A stretch of 64,000 nucleotides of DNA. Origin: Nymphaea colorata. Taxonomy: Eukaryota. Location of the stretch: contig NC_045138.2 in NCBI RefSeq assembly GCF_008831285.2, forward strand, positions 24,490,001 through 24,554,000. Reading direction: 5' to 3'. The notes below the pieces were generated by a model. The model saw only the letters and a program-made list of their open reading frames with translations, did not search any database and was not told where the DNA came from. The stretch's first letter is position 1. Each line of letters starts with the position of its first letter. Made by a program: the position numbers and the translations under genes. Positions 1 through 13,018 of this stretch are shown piece by piece.

Positions 1-647
1 TTTCTAATGCTGTTTCCTCCACCATTGAAATATTCTGTGGGATCTCAAACTCAGCCAGTTTGCAGCAAAGATGAATCAAAACTGTACATATTTCTGGTTC
101 GTTATTCGCTGGCCGTCGGATTTACCTACTACCCGATTCGAATGAATAAACAGTTTCATGAGAATTTATTTGGCATGCTTGAATGGGCAGTCTCAACATG
201 AAATAAAAGCGACGGCTACTTTCCCGAGTACTCAACACTCTTTGGACATGCATTGCACGTCCGGATGAATTGTAATGGCATTAACTATAAGCGAAGCCGC
301 TGGTACGGGAGATCATAAAAAAAACGGAGAGAAGTCAAGGAATAAATAGTGCTTTCATTTAACATTTGAACGTTGAGGGAAGACATCCTTTCACTTCTCT
401 CTTTTTTAATAGTCTTCTTCTGCTCATTAAATTGGAAAGTCCAAATTTGTTTACATTCTGTGTATATATCTCAAAAGTTGAAGTAGATTTATAGACACCT
501 TTTTTTAATTTTTTTTTTAAGTGTTGTATGAATCTGCTTCAATTTTTAAACCATGTTTACAAAACAGTTACGTACTGTCCCCTTCACCAAATAAACGGTA
601 AGGAACACATGATAATTGGTACACGACACTTTGAAATGCTCCAGCTG

Positions 648-859
648 CAATGCTGTAAAAATCGGTTGCAAATTTGAATAGGCTGAATCAGTTGAGTTGG
701 CCAAAAAATACTAAAAATATCTTCAATTAAAAATATAAAAATTAAATGTTTAAAAATAAATTAGACAGCTGACACATGCCACTCTTGAATTTGCAACAAC
801 TCAACTCAATTCGATTCGACTGATTCAAGCAGCCGATTCATGCCAATTTTGCAACTTTG
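648..859. mobile_element. MITE-like non-autonomous DNA element inside the triplicated unit
   Basis: Imperfect terminal inverted repeats CAATGCTGTAAAAATCGG ... CCAATTTTGCAACTTTG around an AT-rich core. Copies at 6574-6780 and 10705-10911. No clear TSD. Confidence 0.55.
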
Positions 860-2252
860 TTCCGAGGTATTTTTCTTTTTCAAATTGATATTGCAAATAA
901 GGATACAAGAAGCGTACATTTTAAATTCATTTAATTTAAAAAAAAAAACTTTTTTACAGGTCTTAGCATTCAAAATTCTTAATGGGAAACAGTTTTTTTT
1001 TTTCTTCTCGTGATAATGAAGTCATTTATATGTAGAAGATATAAATTATATACAGAAGAATCACTGTGTGCTCATTATAATGCAACGGACAGAGTTCTTT
1101 TTCCTCTTTCTTTAGGGGAGATGACTGGGGTTAGGTAGAACATGACTACCCAGCTACCATTATTAAAGTCGTTTTGTAGTGCTCATAATCCTAATACTAT
1201 TCCAAGCAAGGTCCAGCAATGCGGGTCCAAATATATCGGATCAAAATTCAATTGGCAATAGTTATTAAGTGATTATCAAAACATCTAAGAACATATATAT
1301 CATGCATGAGTTAACATTATATCCGGATTTCATGCATGTTTTAGGTGATTTACACGTATCTCATACACAATCATGCATATGTACGCATTACATTATACAT
1401 TGCAGTGTTAAAAGGAAAATCTCTCCACAAATTGAGCTTTTGGAAAGATGAACTTTCTGGTTCATAAAGGCCGAGCACAAGTTCACCTTGTGGCTCATTT
1501 AAGCCATTCACGAAAAGGGGTCGGTTTCATGACTTCATCCTCAACAACTAAAGTCTTAAATGGTTCTGTTCGATCGTTGGGCTCATTTACTACCGGACCC
1601 ACAATCAGGTTCGTCTTTAGTGGAATACTTAGGTTCCAAAGAAATGCAGCAAGCCTAGCTAGATACATGTTGTTTGAGAATGAATAATAATATGTTTGTC
1701 TTATATGTCAAAAGAAAAGCTACAACACAAAACGGAGTTTGACTGTTCATGTAGGTGGAACAACCTATTCAATCGCAACATTATTTGAACATTATATTAA
1801 AAGCTTTTTTTTAGTATTCAACATAAATTCTAAAGCTGGCACCGTAGTGTTCTCCCCATTAGGTCTTGACATGTCCAACCATGTTGATCTTGGTTATTGT
1901 ACCAACTGTAACGATTAGACTTAAAATGGATTAAGTAGTGGATATTGTGTGTGTATATATATATATATACAAACAATTGAATGGTGATTATCGATTTTTA
2001 GAATCACCCAACAATCTAAGCTGAACTGTCTGATCCAACATGATGGACATTAAGAGAAAAACAAGGATAAAAAGATGATGAACATTTTCGTTATTGAGTA
2101 TTAATTTACATTTTTTTTCCTTTGTTTTTCTCTCAACTATCCATTTGCGTCAGATGTACTTGGTTAAATGGTTGGACGACTTTGGACAGCAACATTCATC
2201 ATTCGCTCACACACACACACATATATATATATGTGTATATATATATATACAC

Positions 2253-2455
2253 ACTAAATGTTTGAACAGTAGAAAGCTGTCACGCTCACAACAGTTGGAG
2301 CTCTAGGGTCCATTAACATTTAATCCCAACTTGTTTTCAACTACTTGTAGACATTTCATCCCAATATCGGCTTGGTACATAAATTAGCCACTTGTTCTGC
2401 CATGACAATGAGCTTTGTGCTTATTTCTTTTTTTTTTTAGTTTTGGCCAACCACA

Positions 2456-2499
<44 letters not shown>

Positions 2500-2699
2500 T
2501 AAATGTTTGAACAGTAGAAAGCTGTCATGCTCACAACAGTTGGAGCTCTAGGGTCCATTAACATTTAATCCCAACTTGTTTCTAACTACTTGTAGACATT
2601 TCATCCCAATATCGGCTTGGTACATAAATTAGCCACTTGTTCTGTCATGACAATGAGCTTTGTGCTTATTTCTTTTTTTTTTTTAGTTTTGGCAACCAC
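2253..2699. repeat. Direct duplication of ~200 bp (2253-2454 and 2498-2699) separated by a (TA)n tract
   Basis: Both copies run ACTAAATGTTTGAACAGTAGAAAGCTGTC ... GTTTTGG(C)CAACCAC with few differences, and each is preceded by a TA microsatellite. Confidence 0.95.
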
Positions 2700-4210
2700 T
2701 CGGTCTCCTTTACACCATTTTGTTGTGGTATGACAGTACAAGGTTGTATCACGGCCATGAGATAAGAATTCAGACTCATTATCAGTTTATTTGGAGCAGT
2801 TCGTAAAGGCTTGGAGCTGCTTTGTCACACTTTAGTGAAATTTTGAATGATGCCTAAAGTTTGGGAAAATCATCAATATTATCGGAAACGATGAATGCGA
2901 CTTGAACAATTAATATTGAAACCGACATTAAGATGCTGAAGGTAGGGTCCAGTTGCAAGAAATATTTGACTCCAAATTAATGGGGTTTATGGCTTTTATT
3001 TAACCACATTAAAAAAAAAAATTGTATAAGTTTGCCTTGCTGCTGCAATTCTTGAACTATGGGCAGGCTCCACATAAGCATATCATTACATAACATTGTC
3101 ACATTCACGTCATTATAACAAGTCAGCCCACTTTCACATGAACTTAAGCTTCTGGTTTGACGGGTTTCAATCCACCTTTACCAGTTTCGTTTTCAGCCCA
3201 ACAAAACCTTCGAACTAAGACAACCAACTATTCAAACAACTCTTTTTTATAAGGTTTGTTACATCTTTTTTATAAGGTTTGTTACATTCTTCACAAAATT
3301 ATAAACAACTCTAAACTTTTCAAAGTGGGTTCACCTCATGCTTCAAAATGATGATTTAAACATAGAGCTAGGGATTTAATTTTATTAAAACGTGTGGCTA
3401 ACGATGACTGCATTTATTTGCAGTTTATGACTTCTTGCTCATGAGCAGGATGAAGATGTGTTCCATTAGACTGAAAAAAACGTTTCATTAATTTTATTTC
3501 ACACATCATCATCAGTTCGGGGCATATATGACTGGCCGACAATTTTTAATCCATGTATTTTGTTTGTGAAGATTGAGAAGTAGGCGTTTGGTGTTCCGTG
3601 TTAAGGACAGATCCTGTGATAATTTGCAAGCATAAATACTGACAAGCATTTTAGTTCAGTACTGGTTCATTCCACAAACATATAAAACCAATTTTTCATC
3701 TTCTCTTTGGGGGGTCACAATTGGAGCAACGGCACACAAATGTTCTAGTATGTTTTCCAAAATTTCTAATGGGTCAAATGGTTTTTTTTTTTTAAAAAAA
3801 ACTTTAGTAAGTGAAATGTGTTTTAAAAAAAATTCAGGGGGACCATGGCCCCTCCCGGGAGCCCTTGGTATTTTGGTGTATCTTCTATTCTTAAGGTAGA
3901 ATTCAAACATTCATAGAGCTACAAATAGCCTCATCTCATATTAAATGGAAAACCCTTCAGATTCTAGTAACGATGCTCAAGAAATTTTTAAAAATTTTAT
4001 TATTTTGCCAACAAAAAGCAATGTATCAAACCAGTGCAACCAAGTCTCCCACCCAAAAGAGACTCTTTCGGTTACTGGAAAAAATATACAATGGGCTTGG
4101 TTGTATTGCTCATTTTTTTAGGACATGCTTGATAGCCACAGACCTTACATCTGACCTCGGATCTACTGAGAAATCCGTGGTTAACAAATGACGATTCTGA
4201 AATCTATAGA

Positions 4211-4990
4211 TTTTTTTTTGTACAAAGGAGCGGTTTAGAACCACATTAACTAACTATAGCACGAGGTCGAACTACACCAATTAGATCTTCCTCAATCAAT
4301 CGATACAAATGACCAGGTGGATTGGTAAGAATGATCACTCCAAAAGATCATTGAAAAGCTTATGAGACAAGAAAATTCACACACATATTAGCTTCTCTGT
4401 ACGTATGACATAAGATAAACTCTCAATCACGTCTCAGCAATTCTTGACACTGTTTCACTATCTTGAATAAAGGATCACGAGGCTGCAGGTCTTTTAGAAC
4501 CTTGTTCACAACTAACAAGGAATCTGATTCAACAAAAACTTTACGAAAGCCACGTTCCCAAGCCAATTTCAAACCATGGAGAATAACAATAAGTTTAGCC
4601 TTAGTTTATGACCATAACCTGCACGACAAGTGATGCCAAATAACAATTCTCCATTATCATTGCGAAATAAACCCCCAGCCGCTAAGTCTTCTGGATTTGT
4701 TCTAGCAGCCGCATCAATATTTAACTTAACAAAACCCAAGGGAGGTGACATCCATGCAATGAAGGTTTGAACTTTTCGTTGAAATAATCGAAGTTGGGCC
4801 ATATGGTTTCTGAACTCTCCAATAAAAGCAGCTATGCGAAATGAAACATCATCAGGCAAAAAAAAACTTTCTTCAAGTACAACTCGATTTCACCAGTGCC
4901 GAATATGCCAACAAGGGAAGCAAAAAAAAATAGACAAAAGAATCATATTGTTAACCAAAAGGCCTAAAACCCAGAGGTTTCAGGTTGACT
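4211..4990 (-). mobile_element. 5'-truncated, degenerate L1-type LINE 3' end (RNase H-like/RVT_3 domain plus poly-A)
   Basis: Minus strand reads CWHIRHW*NRVV (LINE W.IW..RN motif), WMSPPLGFVKLNIDAAARTNP..AAGGLFRNDNG, then after a frameshift GLKLAWERGFRKVFVESDSLLVV...HTYREAN. An A-tail follows (T-run 4211-4219 on +). Confidence 0.88.
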
Positions 4991-4999
4991 GGCCGGCAA

Positions 5000-5839
5000 C
5001 AAGCTTCATCTCAAGAAACCCACTTCCCATTTGTAGACATTGAGAACCAGACATGTCTTTACCTTTAAAACCCGTGGAAACCGTCGTGACTTATCATGTT
5101 CAAAAGTATTTTCAAAAGTGAATGGATCTGCCGGCCACACATTCACACTGATATAACTTTTGCATACACAGACATCTGAATCATAGCGGAACCAAATATC
5201 AGTGGAATCATGTAGAACCAAACAAAACATGAAATCATGGTGCTAATAGGATGAGAACGAGATTGAATGAATCCGAAAGCCAATATTTCTAATAAGCCTT
5301 CACAAATACAATGCAGTTTGTGCAGCAAGCAGGGCAGTTAGATTTAATTAGTCTGAAGGGTTGTGCTTTTCAAGGGGTTTAAGAACAAAGCAAAACATAG
5401 ACCAAGAAAGTAAGAAAAAGTACGCTTTGCAATAGCAGTTAAGACCGACTAGAGCTGGACTGAGTTCTCAGTTCAGCAAGCCAGCAAGAACGTGTAACTT
5501 ATGTGTATGATTTTCAGATCACACAATTCTATCCATTGAATTATTAAAAGCACTTCTTGGCAAGTTGAATAATTTCCCTACTTGTTGAAGCAAGTCCGGT
5601 TGAACCTTCACAAGTTTTGCATTCATATGGAGCGCAGATCAAGTCACCTGAAGGGTGATCTGTGAAACAGATCAAAGACAACACACAAGAATTATGCCTG
5701 GCGATTGGTCTTCACTGCCTTTTTGATGGGGCGCCAGGCAACTTTTGAAAATACTTTTATTTCCACAGTTTTAAAGGTAAAGAGATGTCTGGCTCTCAAT
5801 CTCTACGAATGGGAAGTGGGTTTCTTGAGATGAAGCTTG
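5000..5839. mobile_element. Inverted-repeat-bounded cassette (Pack-TIR-like, or templated filler) carrying a host gene fragment
   Basis: Left arm 5000-5119 (CAAGCTTCATCTCAAGAAACCCACTTCCCAT...AAAAGTATTTTCAAAAGT) is the reverse complement of right arm 5741-5839, apart from a few mismatches and a ~20 nt indel. No TSD found. Confidence 0.65.
5124..5740 (-). pseudogene. Captured fragment (intron 3' part plus start of exon 2) of the gene at 39498-42452
   Basis: Colinear with 39635-40250, roughly 90-95% identical by eye. The acceptor AG|ATG is retained, but MSVYAKGVSVLMPG has become MSVYAKVISV*MCG (TTA>TGA). Confidence 0.92.
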
Positions 5840-5845
5840 CCTGAT

Positions 5846-6400
5846 TGTTAGAAAACAAGCAAAGACAAAAAGAAAAATACTTAGAATTTTAACGTGGTTC
5901 GGAGTATTGTTCTCCTACATCCACGACGATGCTTTCTCACCCCCTCATCGTTGGGTGAGGTTCCACTAATATATATAGGTAATTTACATCGCTGGGATTG
6001 CATTTCCTTTGCTGGTTTGGTAGTTTCCTTTTCTTATTGTTGTAATCAAGGGATCATTGATTTCTTCTTTCCTTAATTTTCGTTCTCTTTTCATCAGCAT
6101 GATTTTGGCCTCCAGATTGTATGCCCGTTTGCTCTGTCATGCTAAGATCATGGTCCTGAACGAATGTTGAGTTTCAACCGTTCTCAAACAAAGGTATCTG
6201 TGGGGAGGGCTTTGATGAGAGGATCCACCAATTGATGAGAGGTGGGAATGTGTCTGACAAAGAGTTGTTTGCGGGCAACAAGATTGAATGAAGTGTACAT
6301 CGAGTTCAATATGTTTACTTTTCTGATGAAGTACCGGATTCACCGTCATATAGGTGTTACTAATGTTGTCGCACCAAACTATGTGTTTCGCTAATGAAAC
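5846..6400 (-). mobile_element. Ty1/copia retrotransposon 3' fragment (RNase H end plus 3' LTR)
   Basis: Minus strand IVWCDNISNTYMTVNPVLHQKSKHIELDVHFI (copia RNase H CDN...KHI motif), then frameshifted QLFVRHIPTSHQLVDPLIKAL. This is followed by an LTR-like stretch with TATATATA, GTGGATGTAGG...CCGAACCACGTTA, ending in ...TAACA at 5846. Confidence 0.8.
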
Positions 6401-6408
6401 AGTTACAT

Positions 6409-7846
6409 GTATATATCTCAATCTTTAACAACACTTTTTTTTTAAAGTGTTTTATGGATATGCTTCAATCTTTAGACCACATTCGTAAAACAGTTACACA
6501 CAGTTCTATTTACAAAATAAACGGCAAGGAACACATGATAATTGGCACATGACACTTTAAAATGTTTGAGCTGCAATGCTGTAAAAATCGGTTGCAAATT
6601 TGAATCGGCTGAATCAGTTAAGTTGGCCAAAAAATAATAAAAAGATCTACAATTAAAAATATAAAAATTAAATGTTTAAAAATAAATTAGATAGCTGACA
6701 CATGCCACTCTTGAATTTGCAACAACTCAATTCGATTCGACTGATTCAAGCAGCCGATTCATGCCACTTTTACAACTTTGTTCCGAGGTTTTTTTTCTTT
6801 TCAAATTGATATTGCAAATAAGGATAGAAGAAGCATACATTTTTAATTCATTTAATTAAAAAAAAAAACTTTTTTACTGGTCTGGGCATTCAAAATTCTT
6901 AATGGGAAACAGTTTTTTTTTTCTTCTCGTGATAATGAAGTCATTTATATGTAGAAGATAAAAATTATATACAGAAGAATCACTGTGTGCTCATTATAAT
7001 GCAACAGACAGAGTTATTTTTCCTCTTTCTTTAGGGGAGATGACTGGGGTTAGGTAGAACATGACTACGCAGCTACCATTATTAAAGTCGTTTTGTAGTG
7101 CTCATAATCCTAATACTATTCCAAGCAAGGTCCAGCAATGCGGGTCCAAATATATCGGATCAAAATTCAATTGGCAATAGTTATTAAGTGATTATCAAAA
7201 CATCTAAGAACATATATATCATGCATGAGTTAACATTATATCCGGATTTCATGCATGTTTTAGGTGATTTACACGTATCTCATACACAATCATGCATATG
7301 TACGCATTACATTATACATTGCAGTGTTAAAAGGAAAAGCTCTCCACAAATTGAGCTTTTGGAAAGATGAACTTTCTGGTTCATAAAGGCCGAGCACAAG
7401 TTAACCTTGTGGCTCATTTAAGCCATTCACGAAAAGGGGTCGGTTTCATGACTTCATCCTCAACAACTAAAGTCTTAAATGGTTCTGTTCGATCGTTGGG
7501 CTCATTTACTACCGGACCCACAATCAGGTTCGTCTTTAGTGGAATACTTAGGTTCCAAAGAAATGCAGCAAGCCTAGCTAGATACATGTTGTTTGAGAAT
7601 GAATAATAATATGTTTGTCTTATATATGAAAAGAAATGGTACAACGCAAAACGTAGTTTGGTTGTTCATGTAGGTGGAACAACCTATTCAGTCGCAACAT
7701 TATTTGAACATTATATTAAAAGCTTTTAGTATTCAACATAAATGCTAAAGCGGGGACGGTAGTGTTCTCCCCATTAGGTCTTGACATGTCCAGCTATGTT
7801 GATCTTGGTTATGGTACCAACTGTAACGACTATAGACTTAAAATGG

Positions 7847-7901
<55 letters not shown>

Positions 7902-8772
7902 GAATAGTGGCTATGACTTTTTAGAGTCACCCAACTATCTTAGTAGTCTTAGTAGGGTTGTTTGATCCAACATGGTGACAGAATAACAATGACTATCAAT
8001 TTTAATATGTTTCATTCTTTTACTGGAAAAAACCAAATTTGCCACAATATGCAATGCTGCCTAGCAGTCACAAAATATTTTCGGTTTATTTGGAGCAGTT
8101 TGCTTGGAGCTGATTTGTCACACTTTAGTGAAAGTTTTTGTTTTATACCTCATTAGGTAACCCGAGTTGCTTAGAAAAATCATCAATATTATCGTAAATG
8201 ATGAATGGGACTTGAACAATTAATATTGAAACTGACATTAAGATGCTGAAGTTAGGGTCTAGATACAATATGGCTTTTATTTAACCACATTAAAAAAAAA
8301 TTGTATAAGTTTGCCTTGCTGCTGCAATTCTTGAGCTATGCGGCCGGCTCCACATAAGCATACCATTACATAACATTGTCACATTCACTTCATTATAACA
8401 ACTCGGCCTACTTTCACATGAGCTCAGGCTTCTAGTTTGGCAGGTTTCAATCCACCTTTAGCAGTTTCGTTTCCAACCAAACAAAAACTTCAAACTAAGA
8501 CAACCAACTATTATAAGGCTCTTTACATTCTTCACAAAATTAGAAACAACTCTATTTTAAAGTGGGTTCACCTCGTTTAAGTCATGTGCTTCAAGATGAT
8601 GATTTAAACTTAGAACTAACGATTTAATTTCATTAAAATGTGTGGCTAACGATGACTGCATTTATTTGCAGTTTTATGACTTCATGAACATGATAAAGAT
8701 GCGTTCCATTGGACCGAAAAAAACGTTTCATTAACATAAGACCAATTCAAATTCTCATATATATGTAAAGCT
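6409..8772. repeat. Segmental repeat, copy B
   Basis: Matches copy A at ~462-2045 and ~2783-3490. Its tail (TTAACATAAGACCAATTCAAATTC...ATGTAAAGCTA) matches ~13112-13184. Confidence 0.9.
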
Positions 8773-10212
8773 AGCGCTATATCAAGAAGCATTCCTTCCC
8801 ACAAGGTCAAAGCTAAATGCACTCTCCTAAGTCACATGAGTTTAACCAACTTAATATTAAGTTAATGCCGCTGTTTCGGGTGAGCGAGAGGTATTAATCA
8901 CACCGCCTGATAAAGGCCCGAAAGCCCCCATTTCTCTTGTCTTCGGGGTCCTGAGCTGCGTCTGTGTCAGCGATAACAATGGTGCACCCTTCAACTTAGA
9001 TGTCATGCCCTATCACTTTAAGACACAAGAACATAGCGCCCACGGGAAACGAATTAGAGACATGCTTTTATACAGGCTCCTAACTCGACCAGCTACGCTA
9101 TACCCCTTGATGCCTAATATGTCGCTGTTATTAAATGATTTTTCTTCTAGATTATCGCCATTCTTGCCTTTGGTTGTGACCGACCTCGAATCGAATTTCA
9201 ATTGCGTCATTTTGTTGCTTGAGCTCTCTTGTTTGTGATGTTAAGAAACTAAGATTAAATTTTAGAGGTTTAAGAACTTTGGTCAATTAAGAGATCTTTT
9301 AAAATATTAAACGTGGATTGGTTGGTTTAGTGAAACATACCGTTGGAGGCAGTAAAACTATTTATTACAGAACAAATAATGGCGGGAGGGAGGGTCGGAA
9401 GCGGAGGTGGGACCCACGTGCCATGTGCTCCGAGCAGGGAGCAAATGCGCCGCGCAATGCTTACGTCCTTTTCGTGTGAAATTTTGTGCATAAAGTACGG
9501 GTTTGGGCCAGCAGTGGGTCAGGGCTTAGGACCGACTGGACCTAGTCTAGTCTGGATCTGATCCATGTCAGGTTTTAATGCAAGATCATTCGTCATTGTC
9601 CTGGAAAGAAGTGAAAATATGTTGGATTTGGATCCGGATATAAATTGTAATAGTAGTTCTAAACTTAGGGATGTGACAGCGCAAGATGTTAGAGGAATTT
9701 TTTTTTTGGTCTCAGTATCGAACAAAACCACTTTTGAGCAAAGGAATCGATCCTATATATGCAAACCCATCACTATCCGGATCATGACATTACAGATCCA
9801 TTCAATTTCGGGTGTGGATTTTGTTATGGTCAGAAAGGGGGTTGGAGTTGTTTATGAGCCAAATTCTCGACGTTTGCATTATGTGTCATTCTTTGTCTGG
9901 TCTGCTTTAGCTTATGCAAGTTTGACATTTCAGTTCATGTTTGCTTACAAACTGGTGCCCATCTCTTAAGTAAATCTCTTACTCAAAGGGCCGTCCGTTT
10001 AACAAACAGATGTTTCTTGAATCTATTTCAATTTTGTGATATATTTATAAAACCTTAACAAATTTTTATTATCACCAAAATAGCCTCAAATTGCTTTTAA
10101 GAAAGTATTTGGTAAGAAAAATATTATGCTGTTCAAATATACATATTTTTTAAATTGAACAGTGTGTTTTTTGTTCAAGACAATATGGTATAATTATGGA
10201 TATTTCCCAATC

Positions 10213-12357
10213 AGAATTTATTTGGCATGTTTGAATTGGCAGTCTCAACATGAAATAAAAGCGACGGCTACTTTACCGAGTACTCGAGACTCTTTGGACA
10301 TGCATTGCACGTCCGGATGAATTGTAATGGCATTAACTATAAGCGAACCCGCTGGTACGGGAGATCATTAAAAAAACGGAGAGAAGTCAAGGAACAAATA
10401 GTGCTTTCATTTAACATTTGAACGTTGAGGGAAGACATCCTTTCTCTTCTCTCTTCTCTCTTTTTTAATAGTCTTCTTCTGCTCATTAAATTCGAAAGTC
10501 CAAATTCGTTTACATTTTATGTATATATCTCAAAAGTTGAAGTAGATTTATACGACACTTTTTTTTTTTGTTTTTAAGTGTTGTATGAATTTGCTTCAAT
10601 TTTTAAACCATATTTACGAAACAGTTACATACTGTCCCCTTTACCAAATAAACGGTAAGGAATGCATGATAATTGGTACATGAGACTTTAAAACGTTCAA
10701 GCTGCAATGTTGTAAAAATCGATTGCAAATTTGAATCAGCTGAATCTGTTGTGTTGGCCAAAACATATTAAAAATATCTTTAATTAAAAAATATAAAAAA
10801 TGAAATATTTAAAATAAATTAGATAGCTGACATATGCCACTCTTGACTTTGCACCAACTCAATTCGAATGACTGATTCAAGCAGCCGATTCATGCCAATT
10901 TTGCAACTTTGTTCCGAGGTATTTTTCTTTTTCAAATTGATATTGCAAATAAGGATAGAAGAATCATACATTTTTAATTCATTTAATTAAAAAAAAACTT
11001 TTTTACAGGTCTTAGCATTCAAAATTCTTAATGGGAAACAGTTTTTTTTTTCTTCTCGTGATAATGAAGTCATTTATATGTAGAAGATAAAAATTATATA
11101 CAGAAGAATCACTGTGTGCTCATTATAATGCAACGGACAGAGTTATTTTTCCTCTTTCTTTAGGGGAGATGACTGGGGTTAGGTAGAACATGACTACCCA
11201 GCTACCATTATTAAAGTCGTTCTGTAGTGCTTATAATCCTAATACTATTCCAAGCAAGGTCCAGCAATGCGGGTCCAAATATATCGGATCAAAATTCAAT
11301 TGGCAATAGTTATTAAGTCATTATCAAAACATCTAAGAGCGTATATATCAGGCATGAGTTAACATTTTATCAGGATTTCATGCATGTTTTAGGTGATTTA
11401 CACGTATCTCATACTTAATGATGCATACGTACGCATTATACACCATCTAATGGGTGGGTGTAGCACCTCAACTTCGAGTCAAGTAGTTTCTTCCTTTTTT
11501 TCTTTTCCCTTGTGAAAGACTACTCCGACTCCTTTACACCATTTTGTTGTGGTATGGCAGCACAAGGCAGTATCACGGCCATGAGATAAGAATTCAGATT
11601 CATTATATGTTTATTTGGAGCAGTTCGTAAAGGCTTGGAGCTGCTTTGTCACACTTTATTGAAATTTTGAATGATGCCTAAAGTTTATGAAAATCATCAA
11701 TATTATCGGACTTGAACAATTAATATTGAAACCGACATTAAGATGCTGAAGGTAGGGTCCAGTTACAAGCAATATTTGACTCCAAGTTAATGGGGTTTAT
11801 GGCTTTTATTTAACCGCATTAAAAAAAAAAATTGTATAAGTTTGCCTTGCTGCTGCAATTCTTGAACTATGCGCAGGCTCCACATGAGCTTATCATTACA
11901 TAACATTGTCACATTCACGTCATTATAACAACTCGGCTCACTTTCGCATGAACTTAAGCTTCTGGACTGACGGGTGGTTTGACGGGTTTTTACCAGTTTC
12001 GTTTTCAACCCAACAAAAACTTCTAACTAAAACAACCAACTATTCAACAACTCTTTTTATAAAGCTTGTTACATTGTTCACAAAATTAGAAACAACTCTA
12101 AACTTTTCAAAGTGGGTTCACCTCATGCTTCAAAATGACGATTTAAACTTAGAGCTAGGGATTTAATTTTATTAAATTGTGTGGCTAACAATGACTGCAT
12201 TTATTTGCAGTTTATGACTTCTTGCTCATGAGCAGGATGAAGATGTGTTCCATTAGACTGAAAAAAAACGTTTCATTAATTTTATTTCACACATCATCAT
12301 CAGTTCGGGGTATACATGACTGGCCGACAATTTTTAATCCGTGTATTTTGTTTGTGG
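10213..12357. repeat. Segmental repeat, copy C
   Basis: Matches copy A at 161-~1390 and ~2705-3568, and lacks the intervening ~1.3 kb of copy A. Confidence 0.9.
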
Positions 12358-12483
12358 ATTACAATTATTACCTCCAATTGTATAGACAACATTTATAGGC
12401 ACAAGGGACAAGGAAGGTGAAAGAAATCATGGAGTGTGATCTCGTTTTCAGTGATAATAAGTTACAACAAAACGAAACACAAG

Positions 12484-12794
12484 TAAGCCTGGGCATGGGC
12501 CCGGTTCGGGCTTCGTTCGGCACCTAAAGCCTGGGTTCGAGCTAGGCCTAATTAAATTAAAAAAATATTTTTTTAATACAAAATAATATACAAATATAAT
12601 TAATCCTAATAAAATATTATAATTTTGTATAAAAATTAGTGAACTATGTATTAAAAAAATCAGATCGGGCTAAACCAAGTCTAGTCGGGTCCACCCGAGC
12701 TGGCCCGATAACTTATTGGGCTGGTCTAGTACCTTTTTTTGGGCCAAAGCTCGAGTCGCCGTTTAGCGGATTTCCGACTCAACTCCCAACCTTA
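12484..12794. mobile_element. hAT-type MITE (TAAGCCTGGG...CCCAACCTTA family)
   Basis: Imperfect TIRs, GGGCC/CCCG-rich subterminal regions and an AT-rich core. 8 bp TSD AACACAAG / AACACAGG (7/8). Confidence 0.75.
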
Positions 12795-12948
12795 AACACA
12801 GGATGGAGTTCTTCATTGTCAGCATGCTTGTCGTGAGCAGGATGTGTTGTGTATTGGATTATGACAGTAAGTCTATACCCAAAAAGGCATGAACTAAAAC
12901 ATAGGGAAAGCCATATTAAGTTCTTCATAGCTTTTAATTAACATAAGA

Positions 12949-12950
<2 letters not shown>

Positions 12951-13018
<68 letters not shown>

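Larger units (their letters stand above)
161..3568. repeat. Segmental repeat, copy A (of three diverged direct copies)
   Basis: From AGAATTTATTTGGCATG (161) to CATGTATTTTGTTTGTG (~3568). Blocks recur colinearly at 6409-8772 and 10213-12357; e.g. near-identical ORF translations at 1269/7188 and 1448/7367 (offset 5919). Confidence 0.9.

Noticed and set aside
1269..1687. Short ORFs conserved between repeat copies A and B
   Set aside because: Conservation simply reflects near-identical DNA; no protein motif recognised; largely absent from copy C.
8861..9238. About 125 stop-free codons on plus, with a mostly open in-phase antisense frame
   Set aside because: Looks like a coding remnant, but I cannot assign a family or strand; BLASTX needed.
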